From Kiritimatiellia bacterium (GTDB taxonomy: Bacteria; Verrucomicrobiota; Kiritimatiellia; CAIKKV01): DNA of 64,000 bases. The notes under the pieces are model-generated. The model did not search any database. It worked only from the letters and a program-made list of their open reading frames with translations, and was not told where the DNA came from. The stretch covers positions 1,089 to 65,088 of the forward strand of contig JBIIYJ010000002.1 of the NCBI GenBank assembly GCA_044346855.1, read 5' to 3'. Shown here piece after piece: positions 1 to 7,522 of the stretch (the stretch's first letter is position 1; each line of letters begins with the position of its first letter). The position numbers and the translations under genes are program-made.

Positions 1-272
1 TTCCACTGCCGGTATTTGTGGATTTCATCCAGCACCACCAGCGGTTTCGAGCCGTCGACCCTGGGAAGGGCCTCGAAAAAGGCGGGATTCTCCAGCAGGC
101 GCCTTTTATCGGCGGGGATGTCCCAGTTGAAATAAAGTCTGTTTGGAAATGACGCTCCGACAAGCTCGGACAGGGTTGTTTTTCCGCACTGACGGGGACC
201 GGCCATGAGCACAAGGCTCTTTTCGGCGGATAACTCTTTCCAAACCCGTTGATAGAGAGTTCGTTCCAGCAT
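1..272 (-). CDS. AAA+ ATPase (AAA_14/DUF4143-type), 5' part only; gene runs off the left edge
   Basis: Edge-open ORF, so absent from the track. Reverse-strand translation from ATG (CAT at 270-272) reads MLERTLYQRVWKELSAEKSLVLMAGPRQCGKTTLSELV...GSKPLVVLDEIHKYRQW. Walker A is GPRQCGKTT and Walker B is VVLDE. Confidence 0.75.
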   Translation of the reverse strand, partial: MLERTLYQRVWKELSAEKSLVLMAGPRQCGKTTLSELVGASFPNRLYFNWDIPADKRRLLENPAFFEALPRVDGSKPLVVLDEIHKYRQW

Positions 273-334
273 GTGACTATTCTTCAACTAACTGAAAAAT
301 AGTCAAGACTGTTTTTCAATTCGATGAAAAATAG

Positions 335-901
335 TCAGCCCCCGCCAGCATGATTCGTCACGGGATCGGCATACCGGATCTGGCCGTCCTTGCCGAATAC
401 CGGCTTCTCCCCGGCCTGGACCACGGACGGCTCGCGGATGAGGCGGTCGCCCGTCATGGGGATGCTGAGCCAGCCGGAGCGGCGGGCCGCCTCCAGGGCA
501 TAGCGCGAGCAGCTCGGCTCCAGGATGCAGCGGTTGCCGATGGCGGGGCCAATGGCGAACCGGTAAAACCCGACCAGCCCGCGGATGGGCCATTCCCCCG
601 CCCGGCGCCAGAATGATTTGGGAACAGGGGCGCGCGCCTCTTCAGCGTGCGCCCGCAAGCCGCGGATTCCGGGCAGACCGGGCCGGGCCGCATCCACCCT
701 CCGGCATTCGACCAGGCAGGCCGCCCAGTCGCCTTCCTCGGACAATTCGCCGGCCAGCCGCAAGTCGGCGGCATTCGCCGCCGCTGACAAGCCGCCTGCA
801 AGCAGCGAAACCAGAAGCCACAGCGCCAGGGTCTTCGCGGGGCGCATGCCGGCGCGAAGCCTGGCCATGGCAGTCAAAAAAATGGCGGAACGATTTTCCA
901 T
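335..901 (-). CDS. YidD-like (membrane protein insertion efficiency factor family) protein with long N-terminal signal-bearing extension
   Basis: 188-aa ORF. The segment GFYRFAIGPAIGNRCILEPSCSRYALEAARRSGWLSIPMTGDRLIRE fits the YidD signature (Y..ISP..G..CRF.PSCS.Y..EA....G). The N-terminus has a hydrophobic signal-like stretch, LALWLLVSLLAGGLSAAANA. The start lies 9 nt after the upstream stop. Confidence 0.7.
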   Translation of the reverse strand: MENRSAIFLTAMARLRAGMRPAKTLALWLLVSLLAGGLSAAANAADLRLAGELSEEGDWAACLVECRRVDAARPGLPGIRGLRAHAEEARAPVPKSFWRRAGEWPIRGLVGFYRFAIGPAIGNRCILEPSCSRYALEAARRSGWLSIPMTGDRLIREPSVVQAGEKPVFGKDGQIRYADPVTNHAGGG

Positions 902-910
902 ACCCCGACG

Positions 911-3718
911 TTATTTTGAATTCTTCTCGATTTCAACCATCAAAGCCTTGGCGCGATGATTCTCCGGGTCTTCCAACAAGGCTTTTTCGGCCTCGATGCT
1001 CGCTTTTGCCCATAGTTTGTCCTTGGCATTTTTATCGGCCTTCGCCACCCAGTAACCCGCCTTAAGCTCCCTGATCGCGATCGGGAAGGACCGGAAAACA
1101 GTCTGCCAGGCCCCCACGCACTCGGCATGCTTCCCTTGTTTCTCGAATTCTTCCGCCTTGACGATGTTCTGGGTCAAGCTCGCCCAGTTCGCCCCGCCAT
1201 ATTGCGAAAGGTTGGTTAACAGGGAGCTCTGGTCGTAAGCGGGAATACCGAACCCGGCCAATTGTCCCGACGCCTCCTTGAAAGCCTGCTTGTACTTCTC
1301 GCCCAGGCAACGCATCTCCACGATGCCATCGGCCTGATCGCGAAGCTGCCTGGCCCGGGCAAGGTCGGGCCGTTCGGCCAGGGCAGCCTGGGCGTAGGCC
1401 AGGACCTTGTCCCAATTGCGCTGCTTCAACTCGTTTTCCGCTTTTTCAAGCGTCACCTCGGCCCGCATGCGGGCAGTGGCGGCCGGCAATAACGCGCAGG
1501 CCTGCTTCCATGCATTGGAGCCCTCCGGGCCGCGCTCCGCCGCCCCGTATTGCTCCGCTTTGGCGATCATCTCCTTGACCGCAGTCCATTCATCACGGCC
1601 ATACCGATCCATGTGGGCATAAAATCCATCCATGGTTCCGGGGCTGATGTGGTTGTCCGCCACCTCCCGCTCAATCGCCCTGCCTAGCAGGAATTGGAAG
1701 CCCCGTTCCGAGGCTTTGGCGTTCAGCACGATTTCGGCCTTGTTCTTCAACTCAAGCGCCGCGGGCTGATTCGGATAGTCCTTGATGACGGAATCGGCCA
1801 GGGTTGAAACCTCGCCCCAATTCTCACGCCGGGCCTCCTGCTCGATTTTGACGATCCGCAAAGCCAGGATAATCCCGGGCAGGCTTCCGGCCACTTTTTT
1901 CCATTCTTCATTGCAGGCTTCCCACTGATTCAGGGTCGCCAGAAGGCCGGCATTTTTCACGCTCTCGTTGACGCGAGCCCACTCCGGCCCCCCATACAGG
2001 TTCAACTTCGCCAGAAGCTCATCCTTGTTCGCGGCATTGACCACGCCAGTCTCAAGCGCCTGGGCTAACCGTTGCTCGTACGCGACCCTATTGCCCGCCA
2101 ATTCGCGCAGCAGCCGGGCGCTGGGAAGGCCCGGAAATTCGGCCAGCGCCTTGGCCGCGCATTGGCCAGCCTCCGGCGCATCGCCTTTCTTGATGGCTTG
2201 CTCCGCTAGAGAAACCCAGGCTGCCGCCCGCATCAGTTGCACGGAAGGCTTCAATTTCATGCTCGCCACCGTCCATTCCGGGCCGGCATTTTCCCATCGG
2301 GCCTGCTCCGCCTCCTGCCTGGCCTTCGCCCGGCTCGACTGGACAACAGCCCAGAACTCATTCGAGACGGGCTGCCGATCCATCAACGCCACAAACTGGC
2401 TCATCAGCCCTTCGACCGCGAATTTATCAGCCAGGGATTCCTCGTAAAAGACCTGCGTCTTCAACGCGTCAAAAGCCCGCTTGGCCGCCGCCACATTCTT
2501 CATTTCGACAACGGCTTCCGGCATGCCCTGATACAAGGCGGTCGCCGCAGCCCAGCGGGCCTTGGCCGCGGTATAGTGCCTGCCGATAAAGGCCGTCTCG
2601 CCCGCGGCCGTTTCCGCTTCGGCGGCGGCAATCATTTTGGGGACCCATTGCCGGATGGACGCGTCTGCCTCCACGGCCTTCCGTGCGACGGCCGTCTCCT
2701 CCCGCACCTTCACCGCCAGATCCTTGTTTGCCGAAACCGCCCGCCATGTCATTTCCCCACAAACGGCGACCCCAAGAAGCAGGACCGCAAACGAGGCCGT
2801 CCGGAGCGCGAACAGCCGATACCCGCGCAACCGTCCCGGCGCCTCGGATGCACTTTCGCCGACAAGGGATGCAGGCCGGCTCCATTTCTCGACGGCGTGA
2901 TCACCCAGGGTCTGAATGTCCGTCACAAGCGCGCCCAATTCCTTGAACAAGAGACCGGCGTCCACCGCCGGCGCCATCCAATCCGCATGGGCCGCGCCGA
3001 TATGGCTGAAGCTCAGGAAGGAATGCCCTTCAACCTTGATCGGGGTCTGCATGCCGCCCTTTGATGAAACGGCGATAGTCAGATATTCCCGCCTGACAAA
3101 CCAGAACAGGCATATCAGCAGATAACAGGTGGCCGCCCCGGATAGAATCGCCAGGCTGGTCAGGTCGGATCCTCCCGCCCCATTCAGCGAAGGCTTGCCT
3201 GTCGAATAATCAATGAGCGGATTGACGAGAATGCCCGCCCCGGCCGTCGCCAGCAAAAGCCGGGCCCCGGCATCCTTCACCCACAGCGAACGCACCAGGA
3301 GACCCGCCGCCACCAGCAACTGCACGAAACCGCCACCCATGACAACCAGCGGATTGTGCGCCTTCAGAAGGAGTTGCCCCCACCAGAACGAGGCGGCCAG
3401 AACCAGAAGCGCAAGAATCGCTTGTACCGCCAACGCCGCCACAAGCCGGAAGAGGCTGAAGCGCGTCCCCCGGCTGAGCGTCATGTTGGCTACGTCGGCT
3501 ACCGGAACCTCGGTGTAGCGCTTGCTGCTTCCCTCCGCCCCGAACAAGGACGATCCCAAGGCCAAATAAACAAGTCGCTTGTTCGTCACGGTCAGGTAAC
3601 CGTTGATCTTCATCCCGATGAACGCGAACAACGGCGACAACCCCGTGCAGTGGTAGGACCGCACGACGACTTCGCCTTCCGCCGGCTTCAGATGCCCCTC
3701 AAACAGCTTGAAACTCAT
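911..3718 (-). CDS. Large membrane protein: N-terminal PH/GRAM-like domain, about 5 TM helices, about 600-aa helical C-terminal region with three ~115-aa repeats
   Basis: 935 aa. A GGGAGGG RBS sits about 9 nt upstream of the ATG at 3718. N-terminal GYLTVTNKRLVYLALG resembles bacterial PH/GRAM-type domains. Hydrophobic helices include LFRLVAALAVQAILALLVLAASFWW, FVQLLVAAGLLVRSLWV, LAILSGAATCYLLICLFWFV and ASFAVLLLGVAVCGEMTW. The repeated motif is LNLYGGPEWARV / HMDRYGRDEWTAV / LSQYGGANWASL. Confidence 0.75.
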   Translation of the reverse strand: MSFKLFEGHLKPAEGEVVVRSYHCTGLSPLFAFIGMKINGYLTVTNKRLVYLALGSSLFGAEGSSKRYTEVPVADVANMTLSRGTRFSLFRLVAALAVQAILALLVLAASFWWGQLLLKAHNPLVVMGGGFVQLLVAAGLLVRSLWVKDAGARLLLATAGAGILVNPLIDYSTGKPSLNGAGGSDLTSLAILSGAATCYLLICLFWFVRREYLTIAVSSKGGMQTPIKVEGHSFLSFSHIGAAHADWMAPAVDAGLLFKELGALVTDIQTLGDHAVEKWSRPASLVGESASEAPGRLRGYRLFALRTASFAVLLLGVAVCGEMTWRAVSANKDLAVKVREETAVARKAVEADASIRQWVPKMIAAAEAETAAGETAFIGRHYTAAKARWAAATALYQGMPEAVVEMKNVAAAKRAFDALKTQVFYEESLADKFAVEGLMSQFVALMDRQPVSNEFWAVVQSSRAKARQEAEQARWENAGPEWTVASMKLKPSVQLMRAAAWVSLAEQAIKKGDAPEAGQCAAKALAEFPGLPSARLLRELAGNRVAYEQRLAQALETGVVNAANKDELLAKLNLYGGPEWARVNESVKNAGLLATLNQWEACNEEWKKVAGSLPGIILALRIVKIEQEARRENWGEVSTLADSVIKDYPNQPAALELKNKAEIVLNAKASERGFQFLLGRAIEREVADNHISPGTMDGFYAHMDRYGRDEWTAVKEMIAKAEQYGAAERGPEGSNAWKQACALLPAATARMRAEVTLEKAENELKQRNWDKVLAYAQAALAERPDLARARQLRDQADGIVEMRCLGEKYKQAFKEASGQLAGFGIPAYDQSSLLTNLSQYGGANWASLTQNIVKAEEFEKQGKHAECVGAWQTVFRSFPIAIRELKAGYWVAKADKNAKDKLWAKASIEAEKALLEDPENHRAKALMVEIEKNSK

Positions 3719-3779
3719 GGTCCCGATCCCTCCCGTTCAGCGCGTTTGCCAAAAGACCCGCGATTGCGCGGTTTTCATT

Positions 3780-5078
3780 TTACGTGTGCCGATCAAAGCG
3801 GAATGTGAACGGCATTTCCCCCGAAATGCCCAGAATGGCCTGTCCGATGCCAAGATTCGAAATGTCCCAGTCCTCCACAACATTGCCATCTCGGACATTT
3901 TCAACGATTCCGCGCGTCTGGACCGAGGCCATGTACGACTCCCTCTTGCGGTTCTTCCCGAAAAGGCCCTTGATGAAATCGTTCGTGCTGGCGTCGTGGA
4001 CGCGGAACGCAACCGTGGTCATGAAGCCGGACAAAATGCTGCGGGCGAGCGACTCCCCGTAACCATGGAAGATCTGCTCGATGCTCTGGGCGCCGACAAT
4101 GAACTTCGCCCCCAGGCTCCGACCGAAATTGACGCCGCTATCGATGTGCTGCAGATTGGGAAGCAGCCGGAATTCGTCGATGACGAACCAGACATTCCCC
4201 TCGCTTTTTTCCCGGCACAACGATTCCTTGATCGCAAGGTCAAGAAGCAGCCGGTAAACAGGAGTCAGCATGTTACCGATGCCCAGGTCGTACTCGACAA
4301 ACAGGCAGCGGCCGCCCTTTTTCCGGATCGTGTCCCGGACGGATAGCGTTCCGGGCTTCCTGAAATGGCCGAGCAGGATTTCCCGCACCATCTGCTGAAG
4401 CTCGGACAGCACGCCCTGCGTCTGCGGCGACCGGTCATCCGCGATATAACTGGTCATCGCCTTCATGTCGGGATGAGCTTGGAGCAGCACCCTCAACTCG
4501 GCTGCCGTGGCCTGGTCCAGAAACGCCCGGAGGCGTTCATTGTCCATCTTTTCGCCGGAGCGGGAAAAATGCGTCAGGATGCCGCAGAACAGATCCTTGG
4601 CGGCGTTGGGGAAAAAGGGCTGGCTTGTCTTCTCCGTCCGCTCGTGAAACAGGGTCTTGGCGATTTCGACGATATCCGCCTCCGCCGACCCGCCGACGCC
4701 GATCTCGTTGAATATATTCCAGTAATCCACTTGGCCGGGGCCGGTCGCTTTCGAGTCGTTGCTGATCACGGTGTCGCCGGGCCGGTAGAACGCCGTGTGG
4801 AAATCGCCCTTGGTGTCAAACACCAGCATGACGTCCTGCTCGGTCATCGCCCCCCGCAACTGGTCCACCAGCTGGAAAATGGCGTTGGTTTTGCCGGTTC
4901 CGATGCCGCCCAGGAACAGGAGATGACGGCTGAGCAGGTCTTCTGAAAGAGGGACAGACAGCGGCAGGCCCGACGCGTCGTGACCCAGGAAGCAGCACCG
5001 CGCCCCCGCCGCCTCGCGGGCGGGCGGCTTCGCCTCAAGCCTGTCGCCCTCGAATACCTGAACCGTGTTCATGTGCAA
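3780..5078 (-). CDS. TM-less VirD4/TraG/TrwB-like P-loop ATPase (FtsK-HerA superfamily)
   Basis: 432 aa. Walker A is LFLGGIGTGKTNAI, a Walker B-like segment is NVWFVIDEFRLLPNL, followed by GAKFIVGAQSIEQIF. There is no hydrophobic N-terminal segment. The track start at 5078 is a TTG; the first ATG is at 5072. Confidence 0.8.
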   Translation of the reverse strand: MHMNTVQVFEGDRLEAKPPAREAAGARCCFLGHDASGLPLSVPLSEDLLSRHLLFLGGIGTGKTNAIFQLVDQLRGAMTEQDVMLVFDTKGDFHTAFYRPGDTVISNDSKATGPGQVDYWNIFNEIGVGGSAEADIVEIAKTLFHERTEKTSQPFFPNAAKDLFCGILTHFSRSGEKMDNERLRAFLDQATAAELRVLLQAHPDMKAMTSYIADDRSPQTQGVLSELQQMVREILLGHFRKPGTLSVRDTIRKKGGRCLFVEYDLGIGNMLTPVYRLLLDLAIKESLCREKSEGNVWFVIDEFRLLPNLQHIDSGVNFGRSLGAKFIVGAQSIEQIFHGYGESLARSILSGFMTTVAFRVHDASTNDFIKGLFGKNRKRESYMASVQTRGIVENVRDGNVVEDWDISNLGIGQAILGISGEMPFTFRFDRHT

Positions 5079-5087
5079 TCGGCTTTG

Positions 5088-5339
5088 CTATTGGCTGATG
5101 CCGGTTGAATAATCGTAACCGTCGTCCTGGCCTTGAGCCTTCGTTTCGCCCTTCTCTTTATCGGCTGAAGGCTTGGTCCGCACATCGTTACCGCTAGTTT
5201 TCTCGGCCGTATTTGCCTCCGCCTTTTCTGTAACTCGAGGTCTCGCGTTAGCCTCCATCTCTGCCTCTAGCTCCGCTATTGCATTTTTCTGTAATCTCCG
5301 ACCGTTTGCGATATCCGCCTCTGTCCGCTCATCTTCCAT
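5088..5339 (-). CDS. Small acidic/lysine-rich hypothetical protein (83 aa), probably disordered
   Basis: A perfect AAGGAGG RBS lies about 5 nt upstream of the ATG at 5339. The ORF sits between the M23 gene (47-nt gap) and the ATPase gene (9-nt gap). Sequence is MEDERTEADIANGRRLQKNAIAELEAEMEA...DDGYDYSTGISQ, with no recognisable domain. Confidence 0.55.
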   Translation of the reverse strand: MEDERTEADIANGRRLQKNAIAELEAEMEANARPRVTEKAEANTAEKTSGNDVRTKPSADKEKGETKAQGQDDGYDYSTGISQ

Positions 5340-5386
5340 ATCGCCTCCTTGCTTTTCACCTCAGCCGACATTGATTTCAAATCGAT

Positions 5387-6979
5387 CTAGTGCTTGGCCA
5401 CCGGCACATTGAAATCCAGCCGCCGCACCACATTCGAGCCGGATTCCCTGACTTCGATCACGCACACGGGGCTGGTCTCGATTTTGGCGCTTAGCGGAAC
5501 CGCGATCGTGATCCGGTTGGTGAACGCCGCGTCAGGAGCCAGCGCCGGAACGGGAAAGGCCAGGTCGCTGAAAGCCCGCAGGGTCTTCTCCGCCGGCAGC
5601 GTCACGGCGCACGTCACGTTTTTTGCCGTCTGGGCTCCGTCGTTTTTAACGACCACAACCAGGTCGAAGGCTTCCCCGTTTTGCGCGATCCCGTCGGCAT
5701 TTCCCGAAATGGCCTCCCCTTTGGCAGGGTCATCTTGAATAGAAGCGAAAATGAAGCAGCGAATTTCCGGCGGGAGAGGCTTGGCGGCAACGGCAACGGG
5801 CTTCTCCTCAACGGGTGGAGCCGGCGGTTTTACGGGCGTGTCCGGTTTCACCACCACAGCGGCTGGTCGCGCGACCGAAGCCTCAACGGCCTGGAAAAGG
5901 GGACCTGCCGGATCAATCCATCCCGTCTCGAGATCGCCGGCCTTACAGGCTTGATACGAACCCGGATCAAGAATGCCCAGAAGCGACTCCCAGTTCTTGA
6001 AAAAACGGCTTTCAAACCGCCTGAGTTCCAGGTGCACATGGGTTTTACCGGGCTCCTCTCCCGAATCACCGACGACACCCAGCATTGTCTCGCCCTTTTC
6101 CACCCGTTCCCCCGGCATGACAAAAGGCTTGGAGCCCATGCTGGAATACAAACTCCACCATTTCCGGTTATTCTTATCGAGATGCTCGAGGATGACCAGG
6201 TATCCCAGAACCCGCCAGTTCTTGTCGTTCGGATTATCGATCAGGTCGATCACGGTTCCATCTTCCACCGGATAGATCTTGTCCCCGGGTTTTGCCAGGA
6301 TATCAATGCCGGCATGCACCATTTTGCGGGTGGAGTCATACTTCGCCTTCGAAACGCGCCCTTCGGGTTGAACGTCGACGATGCGTTGCGACACATAGTA
6401 CCGCAGGACCGGCGTCCCATGCCTGCAATCGTCGGTCATTCCCTTGGGGCAGACGATCTTGAAAGGCCGGGTTTCGCTTTTATCGGCAAACGTTTTCAGG
6501 GCTCCCAGCCGGGAATCCGCATTCTTCGCCATGTCCATGATCTCGGCGAACACGATCAGCGCGTTCAGGTCCGTCAGGATCACGGACCGGGGGATGGAAA
6601 TGTCGATCTTGAAATGCACGCTCCGTCCCGGGTCGGCGGTGATGAAATAGCGCGTTGTCAGCGAACCCAGCGCCGCGGGCTGATCAAAGGTCATCAGCCC
6701 GTTCCGCCTGTCAACTTCGGTTATGATGATTTCGCCCTTGGCCTCCGAATCCTTCAAATCGCCGAGCAGTACCGACCACATTGCGTCGATCGAGTTCGTG
6801 CTGATCATGCAAAAGGAGGACATGGTATTCATGAGCCGATTGCGGGTGTAATTGAGGACCGCCGGATGCGTCGCCCTTTTGCCGGTGCGGGCTTCAAAAG
6901 CCTGGCCCAGCGTCTGCTCTTCAGAAAGCCCGGCGGAACACCCAAGCAAAACGAGAACGAACCAAAGAGTTTTTTTCAT
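5387..6979 (-). CDS. M23-family metallopeptidase lipoprotein with C-terminal beta-sandwich-like domain
   Basis: 530 aa. Lipobox-type signal MKKTLWFVLVLLGCSAG. M23 motifs are HAGIDILAKPGDKIYPVEDGTV and GETMLGVVGDSGEEPGKTHVHLELR. A Pro-rich linker (KPDTPVKPPAPPVEEKP) precedes a C-terminal domain. Confidence 0.85.
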   Translation of the reverse strand: MKKTLWFVLVLLGCSAGLSEEQTLGQAFEARTGKRATHPAVLNYTRNRLMNTMSSFCMISTNSIDAMWSVLLGDLKDSEAKGEIIITEVDRRNGLMTFDQPAALGSLTTRYFITADPGRSVHFKIDISIPRSVILTDLNALIVFAEIMDMAKNADSRLGALKTFADKSETRPFKIVCPKGMTDDCRHGTPVLRYYVSQRIVDVQPEGRVSKAKYDSTRKMVHAGIDILAKPGDKIYPVEDGTVIDLIDNPNDKNWRVLGYLVILEHLDKNNRKWWSLYSSMGSKPFVMPGERVEKGETMLGVVGDSGEEPGKTHVHLELRRFESRFFKNWESLLGILDPGSYQACKAGDLETGWIDPAGPLFQAVEASVARPAAVVVKPDTPVKPPAPPVEEKPVAVAAKPLPPEIRCFIFASIQDDPAKGEAISGNADGIAQNGEAFDLVVVVKNDGAQTAKNVTCAVTLPAEKTLRAFSDLAFPVPALAPDAAFTNRITIAVPLSAKIETSPVCVIEVRESGSNVVRRLDFNVPVAKH

Positions 6980-7075
6980 ACCTTTATTCTTTTCACAGGC
7001 TGACGGCCGTTTAAAAAAAGAAAAGCCAAGGATGGTGACAGTCGATTCACGTCCCCCCCTGAAGATAAAAACCGA

Positions 7076-7104
7076 ACTATAGGCTTGATCCCGGCAAACG
7101 TCAA
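7076..7104 (-). promoter_or_regulatory. Sigma70-like promoter for the 6979->335 cassette
   Basis: The reverse strand reads TTGACG (7104-7099), a 17-nt spacer, then TATAGT (7081-7076). It lies about 95 nt upstream of the M23 start codon and just downstream of the terminator at 7165-7199. Confidence 0.5.
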
Positions 7105-7164
7105 GAAATCAGGAACAATTCGCAACGGGAACGGACCCCGAGTTCCCGCGCGGCGCGATTAGGC

Positions 7165-7199
7165 AAAAAAAAGGACCCCGGCTAAATCAGCCGGGGTCC
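7165..7199 (-). terminator. Rho-independent terminator downstream of the small-protein pair
   Basis: An 11-bp perfect stem GGACCCCGGCT / AGCCGGGGTCC (7173-7183 / 7189-7199) has a 5-nt loop. On the minus strand it is followed by an 8-T run (A run at 7165-7172 on plus). Confidence 0.75.
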
Positions 7200-7224
7200 C
7201 GAGATAACGTCTGGGGTCCTGATC

Positions 7225-7509
7225 CTAGTAGTACATCTGCCCGTACTTGTCGGCAAAGTAGTCGGCCGTCTTGCCGTCGGCGCAATCCACGCCGTCCCAG
7301 ATGGCGAACACAAGGCCGGCGTACGGAATCAACCGGCACCATTCGCGCCAGTGGATTTCCTTGCCGTCGTTATAGGCCGCGCCGGCGCGGAGACCGAAGC
7401 AGCACCCGCCGATGAAGCCCATGAACCCGCCCCGGGCCGCCGTGGCAGCCTGGGCCGAGGTGGAGGACAGCAGAACGGCGACCAGGAGAATCGAAAGCAT
7501 TTTGCGCAT
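7225..7509 (-). CDS. Small secreted/membrane Cys-containing protein, paralogue B (94 aa)
   Basis: This is the internal ATG (CAT at 7507-7509) of the 147-aa track ORF. Sequence is MRKMLSILLVAVLLSSTSAQAATAARGGFMGFIGGCCFGLRAGAAYNDGKEIHWREWCRLIPYAGLVFAIWDGVDCADGK...YGQMYY. It has a signal peptide and is about 70% identical to the neighbour by eye. Confidence 0.7.
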   Translation of the reverse strand: MRKMLSILLVAVLLSSTSAQAATAARGGFMGFIGGCCFGLRAGAAYNDGKEIHWREWCRLIPYAGLVFAIWDGVDCADGKTADYFADKYGQMYY

Positions 7510-7522
7510 GGTCAGTTCCCGT

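Noticed and set aside
335-6979. Interpretation as a conjugative/T4SS module
   Set aside because: Only the coupling-protein-like ATPase and a wall hydrolase are present. No VirB4/VirB11, relaxase, pilin, VirB6/8/9/10-like genes or oriT-like features are seen in the window. It is therefore reported as an unexplained cassette instead.
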